Positions 18,154 through 27,043 of a DNA stretch of 64,000 nucleotides are shown in pieces. The notes beneath the pieces are model-generated. The model was not told the origin of the DNA. It made no database searches and was given only the letters and a program-made list of their open reading frames with translations. The stretch's first letter is position 1, and each line of letters starts with the position of its first letter. The stretch is from assembly GCA_003563465.1 (NCBI GenBank), contig PWVH01000037.1:674-64673 (forward strand). Reading direction: 5' to 3'. The translations under genes and the position numbers were made by a program. This stretch comes from Coriobacteriaceae bacterium (lineage in GTDB: Bacteria > Actinomycetota > Coriobacteriia > Anaerosomatales > SLCP01).

Positions 18154-19253
18154 GACTCATCTGGGCGACGGTCTCCTCGGTCGAACACGAGACCGAGTCC
18201 CTGCAACATCTCACCGTGGCGCTCGACGATGGCTCAGATGGTCTTGCGATCTCGTATCGTATTCTGGGGGCGCGATGCATGCTTGGCGATCGAGTACTGC
18301 TCAACACAACGGCTGTCGATCTCGGCCTTGGGACAGGGGGGACACACTTCGTGCTCGCCCGTCTGGGTACGCCTGAAGGAGTGGCATTCGACACTTCTTC
18401 GGGGGGTCACGTCATGAAGCTGCGTTACACCCCGCTTCAGACGGACGTGTTCTCGATCGAAGAGCCGAACAGCCCTCATCACTCAGTGATGTCCGCAGCG
18501 ACGGAGCTCGATGACATGCCTGTGGCATGTTGCGGCCTGCACAGCCAAGTCCCTCTGGTCGCTGCCGCCGTCAAACAGGTGGATGCGGAACTCAAAGTCG
18601 CTTACGTCATGAGCGATTTCGCAGCGCTTCCGTTCGCGCTTTCCGAGATCGTGCGTGCAGCGGTCGACGCCGGGTTGATCGACGGGTCGATCACTTGCGG
18701 TCAGGCGTTCGGTGGTGACTACGAAGCCGTCAACGTGCACTCCGCGCTGTTGGCCTCTCGCCACGTGGTCAAGGCTGACGTAGCGATAGTGGGAGTGGGT
18801 CCGGGCGTGCTGGGCACCGCCACTCCCTTCGGGCATGGGGGCGTCGCTCAAGGCGAGGCGATCAATGCTGTCGCGGCTTTGGGAGGCGTGCCCGTCGCGG
18901 TCCTTCGGGTCTCTTCTGTCGACGATCGTGAGCGGCACAGAGGTGTCAGTCATCACTCGCTTACCGCTCTGACTCGCGTGGCTCTCGCGCCAGCCATTGT
19001 AGCCATGCCTCGTCTTCCCACCGAACTTGTTCGCGCGATCGAGGAGGTACTCGAAGCCGGAGGGGTCTGGCAACGCCACAACCGGGTCTACGCCGAGCGA
19101 GATGACTGCCTGTCACCCGAGATGCGTGGCTTGCGAGTGAGCACCATGGGGCGAGGACCCGAAGACGATCCGGTGTTCTTTGCAGCAGCGTATGCCGCAG
19201 GCGAGGTATGTGCGCGCGTAGCAAATGGAAGCTTGCCGCTCTCTTCTCTATGA
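18150..19253 (+). CDS. conserved protein of unknown function (DUF3866-like)
   Basis: 367 aa. The ATG overlaps the peptidase stop (ATGA). Motifs are DLGLGTGG, GVGPGVLGT and FGHGG. The DUF3866 assignment is from memory and untested. Confidence 0.65.
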   Translation: MRLIWATVSSVEHETESLQHLTVALDDGSDGLAISYRILGARCMLGDRVLLNTTAVDLGLGTGGTHFVLARLGTPEGVAFDTSSGGHVMKLRYTPLQTDVFSIEEPNSPHHSVMSAATELDDMPVACCGLHSQVPLVAAAVKQVDAELKVAYVMSDFAALPFALSEIVRAAVDAGLIDGSITCGQAFGGDYEAVNVHSALLASRHVVKADVAIVGVGPGVLGTATPFGHGGVAQGEAINAVAALGGVPVAVLRVSSVDDRERHRGVSHHSLTALTRVALAPAIVAMPRLPTELVRAIEEVLEAGGVWQRHNRVYAERDDCLSPEMRGLRVSTMGRGPEDDPVFFAAAYAAGEVCARVANGSLPLSSL

Positions 19254-19307
19254 GACACTCGATCAGCTTCGGGCGGCCGTGGCTGGCTGCAGGTGTATGA
19301 TCGGTCT

Positions 19308-20228
19308 ATGAACCCGCTCTCTCTACATCCCTCCGCCGAGGAGTTCCTGTCGCATCTTGCCGTGGAAAGGGGCTCATCGCGACACACGGTGGATGCCTAT
19401 CGGCGTGATTTGGGGAAGTACCTCGCGGTGCTCCACGACCGTGGCGTAAGCGATCCAGCTCTATCCAGCCGTGACGACATCCAGGCTTTCGTAAGCCTTC
19501 TGAAGGACCGAGGGTTGTCGCCTGCCAGTATCGAGCGCGCGGTTTCCGCGCTGAGGAGCTTTCACAGCTTCCTCGTTCGCGAGGGCTTGGCCGAGGAGAA
19601 CCCTGCTGGTCGGATCCCTTTGCCGAAGAAGCCCTCTCGTCTACCGGAAGCACTAAGCATCGAGGATGTCGAAAGAGTGCTTTCGCAGCCGTTTCCAGAA
19701 GGTCCGAGGGGACTTCGTGACCGCGCCATGCTGGAGGCTCTTTACGGGTGTGGCCTGCGGGTAAGCGAACTCGTGGCGCTCGACCTGTCCGACTTCGACC
19801 TCACCGAAGGCTTCCTCAAGGCCTGCGGCAAGGGCGGAAAGGAGCGCATCGTTCCGCTGGCAGGAATGGCTGAACGGGCGGTTTCCGGCTATCTGGAGCA
19901 AGGCCGTCCCGCTCTTCACACCAAGAAGGGCGTTTCCCGTGTCGATCCCTCGGCAGTGTTCTTGAACGTAAGAGGGGGTAGGCTTACGCGCCGCGCCGTC
20001 TTCGATATCGTGCGTGAGTATGGCAAGCGTGTCGGTGTAGAGCTACATCCACATATGCTGAGACATTCGTTCGCTACCCATCTGTTGGAGGGGGGCGCCG
20101 ATCTGCGAGCACTGCAGGAGATGCTCGGGCACGCGGACATCTCCACGACGCAGGTATACACGCACGTAGACATATCTCACCTGCGCGAGGAGTACCTTTC
20201 GACCCATCCGCGTGCCGGGCTGAGGTAA
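19308..20228 (+). CDS. xerD: site-specific tyrosine recombinase XerD
   Basis: Has an N-terminal SAM-like domain (FLSHLAVERGSSRHTVDAYRRDL) and catalytic residues in RVSELV..HMLRHSFATHLLEGGADLRALQEMLGHADISTTQVYTHV. GTG 19293 is an alternative start. Confidence 0.88.
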   Translation: MNPLSLHPSAEEFLSHLAVERGSSRHTVDAYRRDLGKYLAVLHDRGVSDPALSSRDDIQAFVSLLKDRGLSPASIERAVSALRSFHSFLVREGLAEENPAGRIPLPKKPSRLPEALSIEDVERVLSQPFPEGPRGLRDRAMLEALYGCGLRVSELVALDLSDFDLTEGFLKACGKGGKERIVPLAGMAERAVSGYLEQGRPALHTKKGVSRVDPSAVFLNVRGGRLTRRAVFDIVREYGKRVGVELHPHMLRHSFATHLLEGGADLRALQEMLGHADISTTQVYTHVDISHLREEYLSTHPRAGLR

Positions 20229-20360
20229 GCCGACATGCATACGCCGGCTAGTCCGTCTGATCGCGCGACAGCGGTCAACAAGAAAACGATGGTGTGGCCG
20301 GAAGGAAGGTATAGAATGAATAACAACAGCGGGTTCGTGCATCGGAGGAGGGAGATCTGA

Positions 20361-21440
20361 GTGGATACCAAGTTAAGAAAGGTGCTGGCGTTACTTCTCG
20401 TCTTTGCGCTCGTGACGGTATTCGCGATCGGGTGTGCAGCGGAGGAGGAAGAGCCGGTCGATGACGGCGTCGAGGCTCCAGTCAGTGACGTCAAGGCGGC
20501 CATGGTCACCGACGTGGGCGGTCTGGGTGACAAAACGTTCAACGACGGCACTTACGAAGGCCTGAAGCGTGCCGAAAGAGAACTAGGCGTTGAGATCAGG
20601 GCCATCGAATCCAGCGAGATCGCCGACTACGAACCCAACATCGACCAGCTTGCGAATGCGGGATTCGATGTGATCTTCACGGTCGGATTCCTAATGACCG
20701 ACACGACGATCAAGAAGGCTCCCGATTACCCCGATGTCGCTTTCGGTGGCATCGACCAGTTCTTCGAGGAGCCTCCGGACAACGCCGTGGGTCTACTCTT
20801 CAACGAGCATGAAGGAGCATATCTCGCCGGTGTAGTTGCGGGACTGGGCACGCTCGATCAGGATCTCGACGACCGCATCAACGACGACAACGTGATTGCT
20901 TTCATCGGCGGCATGGACATTCCTCCCGTCGAGAAGTTCGAAGCGGGCTTCATAGCAGGTGCTAGGTCCGTCAATCCTGACGTAGAGGTGGTGGCCCTCT
21001 ATGCAGGAACCTTCGAAGATCAGGCCAAGGGCAAGGAACTCGCGCTATCCGCTATCGATCAGGGTGCAGACATCGTGTTCGCAGCTGCCGGTCTGACCGG
21101 TCTCGGGTCGATCACAGCATGCCAGGAGCGCGGTGCACTGTTCATCGGCGTCGACGTGGATCAGTACTTCTCGGTTCCCGGTTCTGGTGATGTCATGCTC
21201 ACATCGGCCATGAAGAGTCTCGAGGTAGCTGTCTTCGAGACCATCAAGTCCGTTGTGGACGGTACTTTCGTGGGCGGCCAGAACCGGTTCTTCGGTCTTG
21301 CTGATGACGGAGTCGGTCTCGCGCCGTTCCACGAGTTCGAAGACGCGGTGTCCCAGGAGATCAGGGATGCTGTCGAAGAAGCCCGTCAGAACGTGCTAGA
21401 CGGCACCGTCACCGTCCCGCCCACTCGCGCTGAGCTGTAA
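20361..21440 (+). CDS. BMP-family ABC transporter substrate-binding lipoprotein (nucleoside-type)
   Basis: Has a lipobox (FAIGC), a GGLGDKTFNDG motif and a periplasmic-binding fold. A GGAGGAGGGA SD lies upstream of GTG 20361. Confidence 0.88.
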   Translation: MDTKLRKVLALLLVFALVTVFAIGCAAEEEEPVDDGVEAPVSDVKAAMVTDVGGLGDKTFNDGTYEGLKRAERELGVEIRAIESSEIADYEPNIDQLANAGFDVIFTVGFLMTDTTIKKAPDYPDVAFGGIDQFFEEPPDNAVGLLFNEHEGAYLAGVVAGLGTLDQDLDDRINDDNVIAFIGGMDIPPVEKFEAGFIAGARSVNPDVEVVALYAGTFEDQAKGKELALSAIDQGADIVFAAAGLTGLGSITACQERGALFIGVDVDQYFSVPGSGDVMLTSAMKSLEVAVFETIKSVVDGTFVGGQNRFFGLADDGVGLAPFHEFEDAVSQEIRDAVEEARQNVLDGTVTVPPTRAEL

Positions 21441-21485
21441 GGACGGGGAGTCGGGGCTCGAGTGTCGATCTGATGTTCGAACCGA

Positions 21486-21518
21486 GGGCGGCCGGCAAGA
21501 CCCGGTCGCCCTTTCTTC
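21486..21518 (+). terminator. stem-loop plus T-rich tail between the binding-protein and ATPase genes (partial intra-operon terminator)
   Basis: GGGCGGCCGG-caagac-CCGGTCGCCC forms a 10-bp stem with one G-U pair, followed by TTTCTTC. Confidence 0.55.
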
Positions 21519-21557
21519 GAGGCTGAGCGTGTATCGGGCCGGTCTTAGGGAGGCATT

Positions 21558-23126
21558 ATGGCACCTCCGCTGATGGAGCTGCGCGACATCACTAAGCGCT
21601 TTCCTGGCGTGCTGGCAAACGACTCCGTCTCCCTCTCGATCGAGCCCGGCGAGATCGTCGCTCTTCTCGGAGAGAACGGAGCGGGGAAGAGCACGCTGAT
21701 GAACGTGGTGTACGGACTGCTCTCTGCCGACAAGGGAGAGGTTCGTATCGAGGGTGATGCGGTCCACATAAGATCGCCCCGCCAGGCCATCGACCTGGGC
21801 ATCGGAATGGTTCACCAGCACTTCATGCTCGTGCCGCCCCTGACCGTCACCGAGAACATCGTTCTCGGCAACGAACCGGCCCATGCCGGTGTCATAGACT
21901 TCTCACAGGCGCGCGAGGCGGTACGGGATATATCGAAGCGCTACGGACTCGCCGTCGACCCCGATGCGGTAGTGCAGGACCTTTCGGTCGGAATGCAGCA
22001 ACGCGTGGAGATCCTGAAAGCACTCTATCGCGGTGCAAGGATTCTGATTCTCGACGAGCCTACTGCGGTTCTCACCCCTCAGGAGGTCAAGGGTCTCTTC
22101 GAGGTGGTTCGCTCACTTGTCACCGAAGGGCTGTCGGTGGTCTTCATCACCCACAAGCTCGAAGAGGTGATGGGGCTGGCTGACCGGGTCGTGGTAATGC
22201 GCGACGGGCGCGTCGTGGGCGAAACTCGGCCGAGCGAGACCGATATGGCCGGACTCGCTCGTATGATGGTGGGTCGCGAAGTCGTCTTCCGGGTCGAGAA
22301 GAAAGCCTCTGGACGTGGGGACACCATTCTCGAGGTCGACGATCTGAAGGTCCTCGACGAGCGTGGCCTGGAGGCGGTCAAAGGGGTTTCATTCGAGGTG
22401 TGCACGGGGGAGATCGTAGCCCTGGCGGGGGTAGGCGGTAACGGTCAGACCGAACTCGTCGAGGCTTTGACCGGCTTGAGAGAAGCTGTGGGCGGAACGA
22501 TTAGCCTTAAGGGCAAGGACTTCACACACGCTGCTGCCAGAGAGATCATCGCCGCCGGTTTGTCTCACGTACCGGAGGACCGCCATCGCAGAGGGCTGGT
22601 CCTGGATTTCGACCTGAGCGAGAACGTCATCTTAGGAGATCACCGTCGGGCACCCTTCGCTCGGCACGGAGTACTCGATTTCGCCGCGGTTACCGACGTC
22701 GCCCGAAAACGAATCGCCGACTACGACGTTCGCACGCCCTCAGAACGCGTGAAGGCTTCGGCGCTTTCCGGCGGCAACCAGCAGAAGCTCGTCTTGGCTC
22801 GAGAGCTCGGCCGCGATCCAGACCTGCTCGTTGCCGCGCAGCCCACACGTGGACTGGATGTGGGCGCGATCGAATTCGTGCACAGTCAGATCCTAGCCGA
22901 GCGGGACAGAGGGAAGGCGGTTCTGCTCGTCAGCCTCGAACTCGAGGAGATCCAGATCCTTGCAGATCGGATTCTGGTGATTTTCGAGGGCCGCATCGTC
23001 AAGGAGTTCGCGGCAGGTGAGGCGAGTGACGAGGACCTCGGTTACTACATGACGGGGGGAAGCGGCGAAAAGCTTGCTTTCGATGCGGAGGAGGTGAGAT
23101 CTGCAGATGACGGAGTCGATGCATGA
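21558..23126 (+). CDS. ABC transporter ATP-binding protein with two fused nucleotide-binding domains
   Basis: 522 aa with two Walker A sites (GENGAGKST, GVGGNGQTE) and two signature motifs (SVGMQQRVEI, SGGNQQK). Confidence 0.92.
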   Translation: MAPPLMELRDITKRFPGVLANDSVSLSIEPGEIVALLGENGAGKSTLMNVVYGLLSADKGEVRIEGDAVHIRSPRQAIDLGIGMVHQHFMLVPPLTVTENIVLGNEPAHAGVIDFSQAREAVRDISKRYGLAVDPDAVVQDLSVGMQQRVEILKALYRGARILILDEPTAVLTPQEVKGLFEVVRSLVTEGLSVVFITHKLEEVMGLADRVVVMRDGRVVGETRPSETDMAGLARMMVGREVVFRVEKKASGRGDTILEVDDLKVLDERGLEAVKGVSFEVCTGEIVALAGVGGNGQTELVEALTGLREAVGGTISLKGKDFTHAAAREIIAAGLSHVPEDRHRRGLVLDFDLSENVILGDHRRAPFARHGVLDFAAVTDVARKRIADYDVRTPSERVKASALSGGNQQKLVLARELGRDPDLLVAAQPTRGLDVGAIEFVHSQILAERDRGKAVLLVSLELEEIQILADRILVIFEGRIVKEFAAGEASDEDLGYYMTGGSGEKLAFDAEEVRSADDGVDA

Positions 23127-24207
23127 GATGACGATTCGCCGGCTACTTGCGATAGTCCGGGAGTTGGCCGTTCCGATAGTCTCGGTCGTCATCGCCATGG
23201 TCATCGGTTCCATCATCATGCTGATCTCGGGATTCGATCCAGTAGCGGCCTTTTCAGCCCTGCTCAAGGGGTCGTTCGGCGGCGGACGCCAGATCGGCGA
23301 GACGATGCTGCGTGCCACCCCGCTGATGTTCACAGGGCTTGCTGTCGCTTACGGGTTTCGTGCCGGACTGTTCAATATCGGCGCCGAGGGCCAACTGTTC
23401 ATGGGAGGTCTTTCGGCAGCGTGGCTCGGAATCGTGCTAGCTGGCCTTCCTCGGCCACTCAACATCGTTCTCATGATCTTGGCAGGCGCGGCGATCGGTG
23501 CGGCTTGGGCGTTCATACCGGCGCTTCTCAAGGCCAGAGTAGGTGCGCACGAGGTCATCACGACGATGATGTTCACCTACATCGGGCGCTACATAGTGTC
23601 ATGGCTCGTCACAGGTCCGTTGAAAGCGCCCGGACAGATACCTCAGACGGACGTGCTGCCTACTGAATCGACTCTGCCGAAGCTCCACGAGGTGACTGCC
23701 TTTCTGCCTATCTCGCGTGCGCACTTGGGGTTCGCCATCGCCGTGGTGCTTGCCATGTTCGTGTGGTGGGTGCTCAAGTACACTTCTCTAGGTTACGAGT
23801 CACGTGCCGTAGGCTACAATCCGTGGGCCTCGGAAACGGGCGGCATCTCGGTCTCGGCGACCACGGTGAAGGCACTCTGCATCTCCGGCGCCCTCGCAGG
23901 ACTAGCGGGAGTGACCGAGGTGATGGGCGTCCACTTGCGCTTATTCGATCAGTTCTCGCCTGGATTCGGCTTCACGGGTATCGCTGTAGCATTGCTCGCC
24001 AAGAACAACCCCATAGGCGTGATAGCGGCGGCTATCCTCTTCGGGGCTCTTTCGGCCGGTGGCGGCACGATGCAGCTGGAGGCAGAGGTTCCACAGAAGG
24101 TCATCTTCGTCATCCAGGCGCTGATCATATTCCTCGTCGCGGCCGAGCAGATCGCCCGCTGGATAATCGGACGCGCGAGTCGTGAGGGAGTCGAGCATGC
24201 TGGCTGA
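23107..24207 (+). CDS. ABC transporter permease
   Basis: 366 aa and polytopic, in operon position after the ATPase. Its start overlaps the ATPase 3' end. Confidence 0.88.
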   Translation: MTESMHEMTIRRLLAIVRELAVPIVSVVIAMVIGSIIMLISGFDPVAAFSALLKGSFGGGRQIGETMLRATPLMFTGLAVAYGFRAGLFNIGAEGQLFMGGLSAAWLGIVLAGLPRPLNIVLMILAGAAIGAAWAFIPALLKARVGAHEVITTMMFTYIGRYIVSWLVTGPLKAPGQIPQTDVLPTESTLPKLHEVTAFLPISRAHLGFAIAVVLAMFVWWVLKYTSLGYESRAVGYNPWASETGGISVSATTVKALCISGALAGLAGVTEVMGVHLRLFDQFSPGFGFTGIAVALLAKNNPIGVIAAAILFGALSAGGGTMQLEAEVPQKVIFVIQALIIFLVAAEQIARWIIGRASREGVEHAG

Positions 24208-25150
24208 GATCTTCACTCCCGATCTCTTCGCCTCGGCCATACGTATGGCGACCCCACTTGCGCTAGCCGCTATCGGCGGTACGATCTGCGAACGATCGGG
24301 TGTGGTGAACATCGCACTCGAAGGCATGATGCTCTTCGGGGCGTTCATGGGCGTCGTCGGTGCCATGTTCCTAGGTAGTGCCTGGGCCGGTGTCTTGGTG
24401 GCGATCATGTCCGGTATGGCACTAGGATTGATTCACGCGTTCGCTTCGATCACGTTGAGGACCGATCAGGTCGTGTCCGGTACAGCCATCAACATACTTT
24501 CTCTCGGTCTGACGGGTTTCTTGATGGAAGTGATTTTTGGTCATCCTGGGACTACCGATCCAGTCGCGAGGCTGAAACCGGTATTCGATATCTCCGGACC
24601 CACAGAGGGTGCCCTCGGTACCGCATGGCGTTGGTTCGACGCTATCGTTCTCAGCTATACGCCGATCGTGTACTTTGCGATAGTCGTCGCTATCGTAGGA
24701 CAGTGGGCACTCTTCAACACTCGTTGGGGCTTGCGTCTACGTTCCCTGGGTGAACATCCGCGAGCAGCGGACACGGTGGGCATAAGCGTGGTCAGAGGGC
24801 GGTATTCCGCGGTCATCGTCAGCGGAGCTCTCGGTGGCCTCGCGGGAGCCAACCTGACATTGGAGCAGGTCGGTTCGTTCACGGAAGGAATGACCAACGC
24901 ACGCGGGTTCATCGCCTTGGCCGCCAACATCTTCGGACGCTGGACACCTGCAGGGAGCTACGGCGCTTCGTTGCTCTTCGGGTTCGCCGATGCTTTGCAG
25001 ATCAAACTTCAGTTGTTCAGGGACGTGATTCGAATACCGTCGCAGTTCTTCCTGATGCTACCCTATGTGCTGACCGTCATCGTGCTAGCCGGGGCAGTTG
25101 GGCGCGCCGTAGCGCCGGCCGCTATCGGCAAGCCGTACGAGAAAGGCTAG
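24197..25150 (+). CDS. ABC transporter permease (second subunit)
   Basis: Polytopic and paralogous to the preceding permease. The start is ATG 24197 (or GTG 24182), overlapping the upstream 3' end. Confidence 0.88.
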   Translation: MLAEIFTPDLFASAIRMATPLALAAIGGTICERSGVVNIALEGMMLFGAFMGVVGAMFLGSAWAGVLVAIMSGMALGLIHAFASITLRTDQVVSGTAINILSLGLTGFLMEVIFGHPGTTDPVARLKPVFDISGPTEGALGTAWRWFDAIVLSYTPIVYFAIVVAIVGQWALFNTRWGLRLRSLGEHPRAADTVGISVVRGRYSAVIVSGALGGLAGANLTLEQVGSFTEGMTNARGFIALAANIFGRWTPAGSYGASLLFGFADALQIKLQLFRDVIRIPSQFFLMLPYVLTVIVLAGAVGRAVAPAAIGKPYEKG

Positions 25151-25153
25151 TGG

Positions 25154-25429
25154 ATGAACCTTTCGCGGACGGTGCGCAGTCTTCTCTGGGCATTCACGTG
25201 GGGTCTTGGAGCCGCAATCGGGGTCGCGATGGGTGGCTGGCTCACGGTCGTGGGAGGTGAGGCTTCTCCGGGAGCAGAATCCCTCGATCTGGTCCATGAC
25301 GTACTGGTACTACCCGTTCTCGCCGGACTCGGAGTCATGGCGCTCCATCTCGTCGGCCAAGCTCTCGTCTCCGTTGCGCGCAGCGTTCGAGCGAGCCCAA
25401 GCGACGGCGAGAATAACGATGGCAAGTAG
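25154..25429 (+). CDS. hypothetical small membrane protein (2 predicted TM)
   Basis: 91 aa. The ATG lies 4 nt after the permease stop. Its 3' end overlaps the convergent ORF at 25310..25561 by 120 nt, so both cannot be assumed real. Confidence 0.35.
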   Translation: MNLSRTVRSLLWAFTWGLGAAIGVAMGGWLTVVGGEASPGAESLDLVHDVLVLPVLAGLGVMALHLVGQALVSVARSVRASPSDGENNDGK

Positions 25430-25561
25430 CCCGAAAGCGATCAGATCCCAGGGCAGGTCCGGCCTGAAGTCACCACCGCGCAGGATCGAGCGTATCAGGT
25501 AGGCGGCGGCAGGCAGCGCCACCGCCGCCCACAGTGGCATTCTGATATCAGGTCTCAACAT
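25310..25561 (-). CDS. hypothetical small membrane protein (2 predicted TM, acidic C-terminus)
   Basis: 83 aa from ATG 25561, which lies 5 nt downstream of the DUF4349 gene stop. Sequence: MLRPDIRMPLWAAVALPAAAYLIRS...DLIAFGLLAIVILAVAW...DESLADEMERHDSESGENG. The longer ORF-track start overlaps the upstream gene. Confidence 0.45.
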   Translation of the reverse strand: MLRPDIRMPLWAAVALPAAAYLIRSILRGGDFRPDLPWDLIAFGLLAIVILAVAWARSNAARNGDESLADEMERHDSESGENG

Positions 25562-25566
25562 CGTGG

Positions 25567-26583
25567 CTAAGCCTCTGACGACTCGGGTTCTTTCGCCGTA
25601 GCCGCACGGCGTCGACGCCGTAGAGCACGAATACTCAACCAAACGATGGCCACGACCGCCACCAAGGGGAGCGCGCTCATCACCAGTACTATCATCGCGT
25701 TGATCGTACCAACCATGCCGCGGACACCTGTCGTTATCGCTCGCACGAAGCCCCAGTCTTGGCCGGCCGGGCTGATGACAGGGGGCTTGCCAGCCAACTC
25801 GATCGTGACTGTGGCCATAGAAGCCTGTCGCTCAAAGTACTCGATTTGGGCTGTCAGGGACTCGATATCGCCTCGGACGCGTCCGAGTTCTGCTTCGATT
25901 GCTAGCATCTCTTCGACGTTTTCGGCCTTTTCGAAGAACTGCCGCAGCCGACCTTCTTGCGCCTGCAGGTTTTCGAGCCGGGCGGAAAGGTCGATGTGCT
26001 GTTGCGTTACGTCGCTTTCATCCTCGGCCTGGCGCAGTACAGTGCCGAGTCCGGATACTGCGTCGACGAAGGCGTCGAGGTTTTCCGGAGGAATGCGTGC
26101 TATGACGAAGCCCTTAAGCGGGCTACCGTCAGCTAGCGCTCCGGTGGCTTCGTAGCGGTATACCGGAGTGTCTTCGTCCGTGCTTACCTGGACTCCGGTG
26201 ACTATGCCGTCAGCTTTCTCGACTTCATCGCGTACCGCAGCGACGGCCGGCTCCACGTCGTCAACCTGTACGCGTATGCCGAGCGAGCGGATGATGAGCC
26301 GCTCTTCGGTTGGAACGGTCGCGGCATCTCGGCCGATTTCGCCGGGGGGAGGTTCTGGAGCAGGCATCTCCTCGACGGATGCCGCATCACCGGGCTCGCC
26401 GGGGAAGACTTCGTACTTGAGTTCGTCATCGACGAAGAGCCCCCGATCCGGGGTCGCGGACGGGTCGATCAAGCGCTCTATGCTCCCGCATGCCGTCAAC
26501 GAGAACAGGGCGAACAGGAACACAGTCGTTACAAAGACTCGCAGAAGCTGTCGTGCACCGAAACACCGATTCATCCCTGACAT
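25567..26583 (-). CDS. DUF4349-like lipoprotein (coiled-coil, C-terminal TM anchor)
   Basis: ATG 26583 has an AGGAGG SD 5 nt upstream. The lipobox is LTAC. The coiled-coil reads DLSARLENLQAQEGRLRQFFEKAENVEEMLAIEAELGRVRGDIESL and the C-terminal TM helix is MIVLVMSALPLVAVVAIVWL. Confidence 0.8.
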   Translation of the reverse strand: MSGMNRCFGARQLLRVFVTTVFLFALFSLTACGSIERLIDPSATPDRGLFVDDELKYEVFPGEPGDAASVEEMPAPEPPPGEIGRDAATVPTEERLIIRSLGIRVQVDDVEPAVAAVRDEVEKADGIVTGVQVSTDEDTPVYRYEATGALADGSPLKGFVIARIPPENLDAFVDAVSGLGTVLRQAEDESDVTQQHIDLSARLENLQAQEGRLRQFFEKAENVEEMLAIEAELGRVRGDIESLTAQIEYFERQASMATVTIELAGKPPVISPAGQDWGFVRAITTGVRGMVGTINAMIVLVMSALPLVAVVAIVWLSIRALRRRRRAATAKEPESSEA

Positions 26584-26624
26584 GCCTGCCTCCTGTGATC
26601 GCAGGAACCGTCTGCGAGAGCGCA

Positions 26625-26659
26625 AACGCCCTCGTCGCCTATTTAGGCGGGAGGGCGTT
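26625..26659 (-). terminator. long imperfect hairpin between the 44-aa ORF and the DUF4349 gene (possible terminator or 5'-UTR structure)
   Basis: AACGCCCTC..CGCCT-attt-AGGCG..GAGGGCGTT. There is no clear U-tract on either strand. Confidence 0.3.
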
Positions 26660-26686
26660 CGGGTGAAAGCGGAATCGGCAGAGGGG

Positions 26687-26821
26687 CTACTTCTCGAGCT
26701 TCTCTTCCATCTTCTTCATCTGGGTCGCCGCATAGGCACCGAGTGCGATACCTATGGCTACCACGACAAAGAAGATGAAGACCAGGAAATTGAACACAGC
26801 ACTTGCGATGTTCGCACCCAT
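26687..26821 (-). CDS. 44-aa single-TM mini-protein (below the ORF-track length cut-off)
   Basis: The reverse complement reads GGAGGTGA-9 nt-ATG, then MGANIASAVFNFLVFIFFVVVAIGIALGAYAATQMKKMEEKLEK and a stop. It has a strong SD, a hydrophobic core and a charged tail, and is divergent from mraZ. Confidence 0.6.
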   Translation of the reverse strand: MGANIASAVFNFLVFIFFVVVAIGIALGAYAATQMKKMEEKLEK

Positions 26822-27043
26822 AGGGGAGCGTCACCTCCGTGTGGCCAGACATCTCTTCCGACGATTCTACCCGTACGTGCGTACAGGCGGCAACACATTC
26901 TCACGATTACCCTGGTCTCTAGATTCCGTTTTCAAGGCCGATTCCCTTCCCGATTCACTGACATAGACGTAAGCGAAGGGGAGTCCGTTCGCGGATTCTA
27001 GACCGCCGATTCAACTGCTGCCACAGAGACCTAGTGGCGCCAC

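Noticed and set aside
19293-20228. Tyrosine recombinase as a possible marker of an integrated mobile element or island boundary.
   Set aside because: The sequence and length fit housekeeping XerD, and it sits in the conserved pyrG...xerD chromosomal context. No att-like repeats, phage genes or compositional shift are visible nearby.
26168-27001. 277-aa Ser/Thr/Arg-rich plus-strand ORF spanning the DUF4349 gene 5' half, the 44-aa mini-gene and part of the mraZ upstream region.
   Set aside because: It is antisense to a gene with a strong SD, a lipobox and a coherent domain structure. The translation is low-complexity and there is no SD. It crosses obviously non-coding hairpin and promoter DNA.
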